Shown here piece after piece: positions 38,851-49,717 of a stretch of DNA of 64,000 nucleotides. This DNA comes from a virus: IMG/VR virus record IMGVR_UViG_3300037961_005106, positions 1 to 64,000 of that record, one strand, 5' to 3'. Under the pieces are notes generated by a model that was given only the letters and a program-made list of their open reading frames with translations, made no database searches and had not been told where the DNA came from. How positions within the stretch are numbered: the first letter of the stretch is position 1; every line of letters begins with the position of its first letter. Both the position numbers and the translations under genes were made by a program.

Positions 38851-38928
38851 GTGTGCGGTACCCATCTCCGCTGTGGGTAAGAAGTGCCAGGGGGATTGCA
38901 CCCCTGGTCCCGCTTTAACGGATCACTT
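38851..38928 (-). ncRNA. Structured RNA motif C, copy 1
   Basis: AAGUG A UCCG UUAAAG CGGG A CCAGGGG UGCAAUC CCCCUGG CACUU CU UACCC ACA GCGG AGAU GGGUA CCGC. Confidence 0.8.
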
Positions 38929-39090
38929 GTTAAGCAGTTGCTGGTACCAACGGCGAGCCATAGCAACACTGCAACGTGCTTGTTGATCTCTTCCTTGCTG
39001 TCCTTTACGGACAAGCTTGGATACAAGTGCTTGATCTCCTTTGATCTCAAAGAAGTAAACAGCTTGTTTAGTCTCAAGTGCGTAAGACAT
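38923..39090 (-). CDS. First early gene, 55 aa (MSYALETKQAVYFFE...)
   Basis: Manual translation; its TGA stop lies within the motif-C copy. Confidence 0.6.
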   Translation of the reverse strand: MSYALETKQAVYFFEIKGDQALVSKLVRKGQQGRDQQARCSVAMARRWYQQLLNK

Positions 39091-39228
39091 GATGTTGAAG
39101 TGAATGGAACGTTGCTACGTTTAACGTCCAGCTTGACGGTTGTTGATCGCTACAATCTTTCTTGGACTTCAGCGCTAGAGAGCGCGAAATAACGAGTAAA
39201 AGGCGGCAAACAACAGATGGAAAGACTG

Positions 39229-39268
39229 TTTTCCACAGGATTGTGGATTAATTACTGAGTTTTCCACA
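39229..39268. promoter_or_regulatory. DnaA-box cluster
   Basis: TTTTCCACA at 39229-37 and 39260-68; 1-mismatch inverted box TGTGGATTA at 39242-50. Confidence 0.5.
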
Positions 39269-39633
39269 TGACAATTGAATTATTGTCTGTGAAATTCACA
39301 CTGTCCTCCTGACTTCCCACCCAATTCATTCCTTTCATATATACAAAGGCCCACCCTTATTTTTTTTCTATACGCATTCGCAGTCGGACAACGTGTGTGA
39401 GGAGTGTTAGGTAATTATTAACCCATTTCGGGTAAAAAGTTGGCGTTTTAAACAAAAAATAGGTTGCACAAAAAGTCGTCGTTTAGGTATCCCCCTGGTA
39501 ATAATTAGCCCAAACTTTTGTTATTAAAAACTATTGTTTTAATTTACTAATATAACTTTTCATATAAAATTTTGTAGCCCAAAACGTCGTCAAAACTGAC
39601 GTTTACCCCAAACAATTACCCCAAAGTTGCGGG

Positions 39634-39873
39634 TTACTTCCGTGCTAAATCTTTATATGCTTTAGCTGCTTTAGCTGCTTCTCCCATTTTTCCGGTATCA
39701 CCAATTTCACGGGCTAATTCACGCTTAGCACCCTGGGCAAAAGTCTGTACTTCTAGGGGTGTAGCCCCTTTATCAGCCATATCCTGCGCTGCAGTAGCAA
39801 TACCTTCCAGTGCAACACCGCGTTGTAGGTTTTGTTCTTTTGTAAGCGGGGCTTCTAACATGTTATCTGCCAC
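39634..39873 (-). CDS. Hypothetical protein
   Basis: 79-aa Ala-rich ORF. Confidence 0.55.
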   Translation of the reverse strand: MADNMLEAPLTKEQNLQRGVALEGIATAAQDMADKGATPLEVQTFAQGAKRELAREIGDTGKMGEAAKAAKAYKDLARK

Positions 39874-39965
39874 TTTTTATAGATATAGTCTATCTTAAGT
39901 ACAATTTTCTAAATTTTTCGGCTTAAAATAAGTTTATTAGTCAATAATTAGTTGATATTAAGTAA

Positions 39966-42329
39966 ATGGCTCTTTCTCCTGCTGATTTTGCCGCATATAG
40001 CCGTGCAACCGGTACTTCTTACCCTGAATCACCGGAAGAACGGGCTCAATTAGTTCCTGAAGTCCGTGCATTCCGTCAAAGGCAACTTCAACCGCCTGAA
40101 AAACAGGAATCAAACTCTCTTGCCTTAGGTCTTGGCATTGGATTAGGTCTTGCAGGGGTTGGTGGAGGTTTAATGACCCTGCGTGGACGGGCTAAGAAAG
40201 GAATTAAAGCAGATACTGCTGGTAAAAGTAGTGTAAAAATGACTGATCTTAGTGATCAGCAAGTACCAAAGTCTAAAACGCAAGTATATAGAGATGTAGC
40301 AGCTAAAGCTGAAGAAGATCTACCGCAAGTAACTCGTCCTTCTGGTGGTGTAGATGAATCAATGTTAGTTACTGATCCTGAAACGGGAGAAGTATATCGT
40401 CGTGGTGGAGATGCTTCGATTCGATCAAAACAAGCACAAGAAAATTTAAGTGATCGTGTTGATGAGCTTTTAGCAGAAGTCAGTGTTGGTGAAGCAGGTC
40501 AAATGCTTGCCGGACGTGAAGTAGCAGCAGAAGCTGGTCAAATGATGGGGACTGAATCAAGTCGTCAGTCAAACGTTGTCCGTCGCTTAGAAAAGGAAGA
40601 AGAAAGACAGGCAAAAAATATATTATCCGAATTGGCCCAAGAAACTCTGAGTCAAGCAGACTCCGAAAAAGCTGCTCGTATTGCACGTAATCAAGCAAAA
40701 GATAGAGCGCAAGTTTCTGACTATATGTCAGATGTACTTGAATCAGTTATTGATGAAAATTATCAGTACCCAGAAGAAGTTCCAAGTAACTTAATGGGTT
40801 TAGCACGTCGTGCCAAGCAAAATAAACTTACAGATAGCGATTTTAGTTCTATTCAGCAGTGGGCTCAGACTGAGTTTAAGAATGATCCAACTGTCTTAGG
40901 TGAAATAAATGAAAATTTATCTTCTCTTCCTAAAACATCAACCCTTACAGAAACGTATGAAGCTTTTGGTGAACCTGCAGCACAAGTACAAAACATTGAA
41001 GCTCTAAATACTGCTTCTGATCAAGCTGCTGCACCTATTGAACGTGCGGTACAAAGAAATGAAGATATTGATGTTAGTGCTGCTCAGTCTTTCTTGAATC
41101 AACAACGTGATAAGTTGCAAGCTAAAGGTTTATCTCCTACACGTGTTGAACGTGTTCTTGCTTCTAACCCTGAATTAATTGAAGCAGCAGAGTTATATGC
41201 AAGTACAGGTGATGAAGCAGTGTTATCTCGTTTTTCAGAACAACCTGCATCTCCTGTAACAGTTAAACCTAAGTCTGTACTGTCTTTAGATTCAGACGAA
41301 CTAGCAACAGGTTCTTTGTTTAAATCAGGAACTTTTGGTGAATTTGTAGATGACCTTGAAGGTAAAGACGTAGATTTAACAAATCGTATTTCTTCTCTTG
41401 GTGCAGAGCAGCAACAGCTTGCCGGACGCCGTAAACAATTAGAAGAAGATTCATTAATGATTAAATCTGCAATGGATCGTGAGCCTATTGATAAAGATGA
41501 TTACAGCCGTATGTATGGTCAGATGCAATATGAAATGCAGAATATGCCTGATCCCGCAAGTTTAAATGTAGACATTGGTGATGCAATGGCAGAACGAGAT
41601 CATGTACGCGCTCAATTAAAAGGTTTAAAAGAAGTAGGTGCTCAACAATTTTTAATTGATCAAACAGAAGGATCACGTGCATTTTATGAAGTTAATCCAG
41701 CCACTAATGAAATTATTCCTGAAACACTGGAAGTACGTGGTGGACGTAAATCAATCGAACAGAAAAAAGGTGGAGGTGGTCGGAATATAGCGGAGTATTC
41801 CGCTGGTGATCGTATAGCAGAAGAAGTGCGCAGTATTCAACAAGGAGGTCGTTTACGTGACTATGACGACACAGGTGCTGCTAAGCAAGTTTTTGAAGGA
41901 GATCGCACACAAACTGGTGGTCGCCTTGGTTTATACGGTTCAGAACGTACCGAGCGCAAAGGAGAACGTGCTACTGCAGGTCAACGTCCTACGCAAGTAA
42001 CAGAAGACGAATTAATTAATCAAGCATTAATGGATTCAAGAGCTGATGAACTAGGAATTCCCACTCCACCAGATCGCGATTTAGTTTTTGTTGATGAACA
42101 AAAATATCAAAAGCCTGACAGACAGAACCGTTTGTTAGATTCTGAAATTCTGCGTCGGACTGCTATTGAAGGTCGTAATCCACAATCTTCATTAGCAGGA
42201 AGAGCACAACGGCAAAGTCGTCCTAGAATTGCAGCATTACGTCAGGAAGCAACACGCAGAAAAGCTGCTGGTGAGCCTTTAATGTCTAAAGCAGAAGCTT
42301 TTAATTTCCTCAGTAACTACGCTAAATAA
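39966..42329 (+). CDS. Large helical protein, putative internal virion/ejection protein
   Basis: 787 aa; N-terminal Gly-rich hydrophobic segment; first gene of the late arm. Confidence 0.55.
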   Translation: MALSPADFAAYSRATGTSYPESPEERAQLVPEVRAFRQRQLQPPEKQESNSLALGLGIGLGLAGVGGGLMTLRGRAKKGIKADTAGKSSVKMTDLSDQQVPKSKTQVYRDVAAKAEEDLPQVTRPSGGVDESMLVTDPETGEVYRRGGDASIRSKQAQENLSDRVDELLAEVSVGEAGQMLAGREVAAEAGQMMGTESSRQSNVVRRLEKEEERQAKNILSELAQETLSQADSEKAARIARNQAKDRAQVSDYMSDVLESVIDENYQYPEEVPSNLMGLARRAKQNKLTDSDFSSIQQWAQTEFKNDPTVLGEINENLSSLPKTSTLTETYEAFGEPAAQVQNIEALNTASDQAAAPIERAVQRNEDIDVSAAQSFLNQQRDKLQAKGLSPTRVERVLASNPELIEAAELYASTGDEAVLSRFSEQPASPVTVKPKSVLSLDSDELATGSLFKSGTFGEFVDDLEGKDVDLTNRISSLGAEQQQLAGRRKQLEEDSLMIKSAMDREPIDKDDYSRMYGQMQYEMQNMPDPASLNVDIGDAMAERDHVRAQLKGLKEVGAQQFLIDQTEGSRAFYEVNPATNEIIPETLEVRGGRKSIEQKKGGGGRNIAEYSAGDRIAEEVRSIQQGGRLRDYDDTGAAKQVFEGDRTQTGGRLGLYGSERTERKGERATAGQRPTQVTEDELINQALMDSRADELGIPTPPDRDLVFVDEQKYQKPDRQNRLLDSEILRRTAIEGRNPQSSLAGRAQRQSRPRIAALRQEATRRKAAGEPLMSKAEAFNFLSNYAK

Positions 42330-42331
42330 TC

Positions 42332-42559
42332 ATGACTGAAAAGAAAAAGAAAACTAAGAAAGATAAGAAGTGGATTCAATCCGCAATCAAACGCCCTGGA
42401 ACGTTTACCGCTAAAGCAAAGAAGAAAGGAATTACTTCTGCACAGCTTCAAGCGAATGTGGAAAAGAATCCTGATGATTATGATGAGAAGACACGGAAGC
42501 AAGCACAGCTTCGTGAAACTCTTGTAAAATTAAACAAGAAGAAAAAAACTAAGAAATAG
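42332..42559 (+). CDS. Small basic protein (KWIQ.AIKRPG family)
   Basis: KKWIQSAIKRPGTFTAKAKKKG...AQLRETL. Confidence 0.65.
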   Translation: MTEKKKKTKKDKKWIQSAIKRPGTFTAKAKKKGITSAQLQANVEKNPDDYDEKTRKQAQLRETLVKLNKKKKTKK

Positions 42560-42561
42560 TT

Positions 42562-45500
42562 ATGCCACGCGATAGTCGCTTAAGTCGTCCTGAAGATTAT
42601 TTAGACGAAGTTTCTCTTTTCTTTCGTAAAGGAAGAAGAGGACCACGTAAGATTGATTATGAAGAATCTTTTCGTGCTAAATCAGATAAACCTCCTTTTG
42701 CTTTTAATCGTTTTGGTGTAGACGAGCTTAGAAATAAATTAGTTAGTAAGAAACCAATTCTTAATGCACGACTAGATTTTGTAAATGAAAATCCTGCTAA
42801 CTTTGAATTGTTTACAGGCTTGGGTCGTTTTGATGTAGGACGAACTAATAAAGAAGATCCTGCAGCTAGTCTTTATAGTTTTGATGAAGGCCGTGGTAAT
42901 ACAAAGTTAGATTTTAGACAATCACCAGAGTTTCAAGCAATTGGTGAAATGTGGCGTGAAAGATATAACTTAAGTCCTACTATTTCTCCTGGTGATCGAA
43001 TTAAAAACCCGATGCCACGTGCAACTAATCCTGACCCTAAAGGTTATTTGATGGCAACAGCAGAACAACGTGCAGAAAACGAAATGGAAGGCAACATGAA
43101 TATTGCACAGTTGTTATCTGCATCTAAAGGAGAGATCGCAGAAGCTGAAAGTAAAGGGGCTTAGAATTAGAAATAATAGTTATGAGTAGATGGCAGGCGG
43201 ATTACTAAAATTAGCAGGAAGTCTTTTAAAAAACAAAGGCTTAATGAAAGGTATTCGTAATGAAGCTTTAGTTAGTGGAGGACTTAATACTGGCGTTAAT
43301 CTTTTAACAGGTGCAGATCCTCTTACTGCATTAGCTTATGGTTTGTCTGACACGGTTCTTTCAGGAACAGCACAAGGAGCAGTCCGTGGTTTAAGAGGAA
43401 AAAAATCACGTTTAGAGTTACCAGCTAACGTTGCAGGTTCTGTTCTATCTGGGATACCCGTAGCAGCTATTGATCCTCGTATGAAACAAGAAGTAGGTAC
43501 ACCACCGCCCCTTATGGTTCCTGCTGACGCAGTCATTAACGATAATCAGGCTGCACAAATTGAACAACAAAATATTCAAAGAATGTTGTTAAATAATGAT
43601 TTGCTAGCAGGACAATATATGCCTGGGACAATGTTTCAGCAAATGGGTGGAAGCAATACGAGAGCAACTTTACAACAGTATTTAAATGATAAAGGGCCAA
43701 CTATAGAAATGGATCCTAGAGCAATGGCATCAATCGTGGGGCTTTAATTATGGGACTCCGTACAGACTATTTAAAAGGCTGGCAGAAAGCTGTCAGTGAA
43801 ATGGGAACAAGAGGAGATCGTGGCCATAGTGTTCTACCTATTACACAAGGAGCAAGAAAGTTTTACAAAGGTTTAGCTGATCAAGGGGTAACAACAGAAA
43901 CACCTGTTCAGCTTGCTGGTGCAATGGGTGCAAGGCTGTTAACTGATGTTGGAGAAGATGCAACGAGGCATTTATATTGGCGGTACAATCACCCAATGGC
44001 GCTTGCAGATAAATTAGCAGAACAAGCAATAGGCGATCGTCTTCTCAATTACACACCAACACAACGAGCAGCAATTTCTTTAGCTGCAGTTGGTGTTCCT
44101 GTTAGTGCTTCTTTAGGAACGTTTGATGCAACTAATATTGGTGAGTTAGGTCGTCCTAAAGGTTTTGCACAGACTTATGCAGAGCAAGGTTCAGAAGATC
44201 GACGACAAACAGGACAAATTGCACCAGAACTGTTAGATCGTTTTGTTTTAGGTCGTCAAGGTCGTCCTTTAAAGTTTGAAACAGCTAAAGAAGATATTCC
44301 AGATTTAACAAAACAACGGTATGCAAATTATATGGATTTCTTGTATAACGAAAAAGGACCTTTAGGTGTTGGCATTATTAAAGGAACGATGGAAAATTTA
44401 CAGGGAGAACCTGAAGCACGTATTGTTGGTTTTCCTGTTGGTCTTCAAGCTGTAGGAGCTTTAACGGGTGGAGCACTTGCCACCGGCGCTGCACTAAGGC
44501 AACAGACTCCAGAAACAGTCCCTGGAGGAATTGGGCCTAAACAACCAAGAACAATTAAAACCGAAGATACTTCTGAATCAGTTCCAGGTAAAAAATATGT
44601 AGATAAACAAGTGTATAGAGAAGGAGATACAAAAGTAAAAAGAGGCAAGAGTGTTACGAACAGAATGGGAAGCCGAACTGATTACATTGGTCCCAAGACA
44701 CGTACTCTTGCTCTTATGGGAGGAGCAGGAGCCCTTACAGGTGCTTTAGCCGGTAAGTTAGCCAATACTTTATTAGCTTCAACTGGTCAATCTGATTTAC
44801 CAACAACACAAGAGTATGGTATTAGTTGAGATAGAATTTAAGTAATAAAGATATTTGTTATTAAAGATGGTTGCCGGTAGAACAGATCCCAATCGTATCG
44901 CACAAGGAATGCCTTTAGCCATCGATGATCCGATGCTGCGTTTGCAAGGTGCATTTCGTAATCCACAACAGTTTGCTGATTATTATCGGAACACTGTTCA
45001 AAATGTAATGGAGCCTACTGCTAAACGGGCTCAAGTTATTCAAAATAGTCTTGTCAATAATCCTGGCCGTTATGGTGTAATGGCAGGAGCACTGCTCCCT
45101 GGTGTTGGCACTGCTATTGGTGAACTACAAGCTGAACGTCCTGTAGGAGCTGCAGGCGCTGTTGTTGGTGCTGGAGTCGGTGCTGGTCTTGGTTATGGTC
45201 TTGCCAGCATGTTGCCAGGTGGTTATGGAAAAGTAGCCAAGGCAGCGTTACCTGTAATTGGTGGTCTAATTGGAGCCCCCTCTGGTGCGCAGGGAGCCGA
45301 ATATGCTAAGCGTAAAATTACAAACCAACCGACAAAAGGTAAAGAAACTGAATTAGGCAGTCAACTTGCAGCGCGAGAAAAAATTTTTGGTCAAAATCTC
45401 AGTCAACTTGAGCGCACTTTAGGTGTTAATACTTCCAGTCTTAAAGATTTAACTCAGTTCTATATGCAAGCAGAACTAGAGCAGTTGCAAAAAATGAATC

Positions 45501-48500
45501 CAACGATTCAGAAGATGAAGAATGCTGAGATGATTCGTCAACAGGCGTTGATGAATACTCAAGCTAGTAACTACGCAATGCTGGGCACAGTAGCTACAGC
45601 AGGCCGTCTAGCAACTGGCGCACAGGCAGAAGCAGGTGCAAATCTACGCACTGCGTTAACTGCCGCTCCTTATGCTGGCAGTGTGCTGCAAGCACCCAAC
45701 ATTAGCTTTGGTTGAGGTTAACAATGACAAAATCAAGTTCTAGTTTTTACAACCCGTCAATGCTTGCAAACCCTTTATTTGAAGGGATTGATATGAACTT
45801 GGGTCTTCCTCAATTAGCAGGACAATATATAGATTTTCCTTTTAACAGTGAAGAAGATGATGACGATGATAATGAAAAAACTACAAATAAACAACGAACT
45901 CCAATGGAAGAGCTTCTCTATAAAATGTATGGAGATGCCCAAGAGGAAAAAAAATACTATCGTTCTCCAGAATATTTAGATGATATGTATAAACGAGCAG
46001 ATGATTTGAACGCAAAGCAAATGGCCCGTGCTCAGAAGTACGGTAAAGAATCTGCTTTCTATGGCTTTATGTACCAGGGTCTACCTAAGTTAATGGCTCA
46101 AGCAGCCTTCTCAAAATATGCGTTTGCACCAGAAATGGTCAAAGGTGTACGGGATGCTTATAGTCGTATCCAAGCAACTCCTGCTGGATCCACTCAATAC
46201 ATGGCAGTTAATCCAATGGGAGGTATTGGATAATGAATTTAAATCTTGATGCTATTGGTAGTTATTCAGGAATTGGTGCTAACACCAATTTAGGTGCAGG
46301 TTTTGGTGGAGGTTCTGGTATTGGTTTTGATACCGGAGGTTTTACTTTTGGAGATCCTCTTCCATCCGTAACAGGGGCTTTTGGAGGCGGCTCTGGAACA
46401 GGAGGAGGCGGCGGCTTTTTACAAGGTCTTGGTAACTTTTTTGGTGGCAATAACCTTGGTTCTAGTCTAGCTGGGCCTTTGTTATCAGGAGCTTTATCTC
46501 GTGATTATATTAATCAAGCAGCTAGAGGATATGGACAAAGTGCATATCAAGCAACAGGGATAGGAGCATTAGCAGGTAAGAATGCAGCCATCATGGACTT
46601 TGCCTTTGGCAATAAAAATGCAGATCGTGCACAACAACGTCGTTACGATGATTCTATATTTCAACTTAATCTGCAAAAAAGTAAGCCATTCCAAGATTTA
46701 GTTAATAAAGGAGTATTTTTGAATATAGCTTCGCAAGATGCCCCAGGAGCAATTCAACGTGCAAGTCGAGTTAGTCTATTTGGTTGACTTGGGTCTGCGA
46801 TAATTAGTAAATAATAAGATGTTAGTTAAATGGTTTTCGACTTTATAAAAGGAGCGATAGGAGGAGCGGGAGCAGGTTCGGTTTTTGGCCCCTGGGGAGC
46901 AGGTGTTGGAGCATTATTAGGTGGCGTTTCTTCCTTCGGAGGCGGCGGTGGTAGTGGTTCGTCAGGCGGAGGAGGAGGAGGAATTGATTTTGACGCTCTT
47001 CAAGACATCATTGCTCCCCCTGATTTTCTTTCTTCTTATACGGAAAATCAATTTAATGTTAAGCCTAGGCTTGGTCCAAAAGATCTGGAGAAATATGAAA
47101 AGGCAATGGATAAGGGAAAGATAGATAAATATTCGCTTTTAGGTTTGTATGATAGTGGCGGTTTAGATCCAAGTGATAAAGCTTATCGTAATATATTGAC
47201 AAGCACAATTGGTAGAGAACGTGGTGAAGAATTAGCGGACGTTATTGGTGGAACTATGCTTGGAGGAGGAACACCTTCTCGGGAACAAGTAAAAGACGCT
47301 TACAAGTATGCTTTAGTAACAGGTTCTACTGGTAGTCCAAAAGATGCGCAACAAGCTTTTGCATCTTATTTTGCACAAACTAATCCGGAACATAGAATGC
47401 CATCTTCTCAAGAACTTCTTGCTGGAATGAGGTATGGTCCTCTTGTCGGGACCAAAAGTGGAGTTAAGTTATTTGAAGGAACGCCAGGTATAGATAGAAT
47501 GTTTGATAGACAAGAATCAGCGCGAAGGTTCCGCGCTAATTCTTTAGCTTAACACTCAAGGTAAGTAACAATGAAGTTTCAAGATTTTATGGATAAATAT
47601 GGTGGTAAAGGGGGAACCAAAATCACCAGTAAAAGCATTAACAAAGCTAAAAAAGATGGTATTTCTGCTGATAAATTAAATAAATTTATTAATAAAGCAG
47701 AAAATAAAAACATCAAAACAAGTGTTCCCAAAGGACACAGTGGTGCGTATCTCACAGGAGGTGGAAGCTCTTCTTCTAGTGATGCTCAAGGGCGTACTTC
47801 TACAGAGATTGATTTAGGTGTTTATGAAGCAATGGCAGGTATTGATACTGCCAATCAAGACTTTTTAAATCAAGGTGCTTATAACAATGCTCAAATTATT
47901 GCTGGCATTCGTTCAGATGCGGATAAATATGTAGCTGATGCTCAAGCGGGTGCATCAATGTATGCATCAGACGCCAGTGTTGATATTGCAGGAATTACGT
48001 CATCAGCAGAAGAACGTTGGCGTAAGTATTTAGCTGACCAGCAACGACTTGGCGCAGAAAATGTAGCAACAATTCAAGGCGAATACAGCCTTTCTTTACA
48101 GAATATTGTTACTGCTGGTTTAAAAGACGTTGAAAAAATCCGTGGTGAGTTTGGTTTAGAAAGCGATAAAGTCCGTGGTGAATATGCACTTGAAGGAGAG
48201 CGCATCAAAGGTGATGCTGCACGTGATGTTGCATCAAGACAAAAAGATGCACAGATCTTCGGTTCTTTAATGTCAGGCTTCTGGGCTTGATAGTATTGAG
48301 CTATATTATAATTTTTATAGTTAACTAAAGACTTTTACAATGGCAAACGATCCGGGCGACTCAGGTTCCAATACACAGGATGCAGCGGTAGACCTGGAAA
48401 CGTTCCAGCAACTGCTTGACAAACTGGAAGGCTCTAAAAAGCGTCAACAACGTCAAAAGTCTGTTGAAGGACGCCGTGATATTTATTCACAGGGCTTAGC

Positions 48501-48787
48501 TTCAATGATGTCTAATTTCTGATCTACACTCATAGGTTATTTCAATGGCTGCTGTCGATAGTACTTACGCAGAAGATGATTACTTTGATCTTGACAAATA
48601 TCGTCAAGCTGCAGGAGTAGCCTATGAATTTAGTAAGAAGAAAATGGAAGATGCTGGTGAGCAAGAACGTGCAACAATAGGTAAAGGAGCACAAGAAAAG
48701 CGCACGACTAATGAGCAAATGCAAAAGTTCTCAGAAAAGGACGAAGCAAGAGATTACAACCAAGCACAGAAAGCTTACCGATTCTGA
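42562..48787 (+). CDS. Cluster of Gly/Ala/Gln-rich late proteins, putative internal/ejection proteins (42562-43164, 43190-43747, 43750-44829, ~44868-45715, ~45725-46233, 46233-46787, 46830-47552, 47571-48290, 48340-48522, 48545-48787)
   Basis: GxxxG glycine-zipper segments and coiled coils typical of pilot/ejection proteins; contiguous + strand operon. Confidence 0.55.
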
Positions 48788-49286
48788 TATCGACATTGAA
48801 GTTTTTCAGTGTTGGGTTGACAATTTAGATAGCGCAACGAAAGAGTCCTTCTGTTCTTTTGCAGAAGAGACTTTTTCTGCTATTCAGGTTTATTTGTATG
48901 CAAAATTTTTAGGGTATAACAGCAGTATTGTTGCTGTTGATTTATGGTTAAAAGATAATTTTTCCAAACCCGATCACTTAAAAGTTTTGTTAAACGAAAT
49001 TGAAGAGATGCAAGACGATATTAGAAAATTAAGAATTGATATTGAAAATTTTGTTATTAAAAGGGATGTCGGTGTAGCTCGAATTGCTGCAATGCAAAAA
49101 GAACTCCGTGGAACTATTTCCCAAGTTGATTCTTTTGTTTCTTCTCGTGACCGCAAAGGTTTATTAATGGCAGGAGCTGATCGTGCATTAAGAGAATTAG
49201 CTTCTATTTTTAAAGATGATCCTATCGAAGGTCCATTACAAGAAGCTTCAATGAGTGTGTGGGCTAGAATGCAGTTTGAAGATTAA
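48711..49286 (+). CDS. Helical protein, possible terminase small subunit
   Basis: Size and position upstream of TerL; function is inference only. Confidence 0.4.
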   Translation: MSKCKSSQKRTKQEITTKHRKLTDSDIDIEVFQCWVDNLDSATKESFCSFAEETFSAIQVYLYAKFLGYNSSIVAVDLWLKDNFSKPDHLKVLLNEIEEMQDDIRKLRIDIENFVIKRDVGVARIAAMQKELRGTISQVDSFVSSRDRKGLLMAGADRALRELASIFKDDPIEGPLQEASMSVWARMQFED

Positions 49287-49717
49287 TATTATGGAAGTAA
49301 ACACGCCCCCTTTTGATAAACAATCCGTCAACAATATGTTGGCTGAGATTGCTAAAAACAGGAGGTATAGTCCTGAGCTACCTTCTGCTCCCCCTCGACA
49401 AGCAGATCAAGAGGCTTTTCAGGATTTAATGAATAACTCTCCTGAGCAAACAGAAGGTCCTGGACCACAACCGTTTCAGAATTTATTAAACGAACAACCA
49501 CCTACACCTGAACAAGAAGAAGACGATGTCTAAAAAGAAAATGCCTCCACAATTACTGGAGCACTTTAAGAAAAAGAATGAATCAAAAGAAGGGAAAAAA
49601 GCAGAGGAATCTGCTGAGAAAGGATTGAAAGCAGCTAAAGCAGCTAAGAAATACAAAGACAAAGATAAAGACGAAGATAAAAAATAAGGTAGTATTTAAA
49701 CAGTAATAGTTTAAATA

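Noticed and set aside
38261-38928. Motif C as cobalamin riboswitch or true tRNA
   Set aside because: Shares only a T-loop hairpin; no B12 box or GGGAA core, no anticodon arm, no CCA end.
37881-39077. ORF-track N-terminal extensions (to 38375, 38625, 39077; likewise 30754 and 35634)
   Set aside because: They read through the RNA motifs; better starts with SD or leader lie just downstream of each motif.
39114-39139. Pistol ribozyme (stem followed by UUAAA)
   Set aside because: P2/P3 and the cleavage-site strand are not evident.
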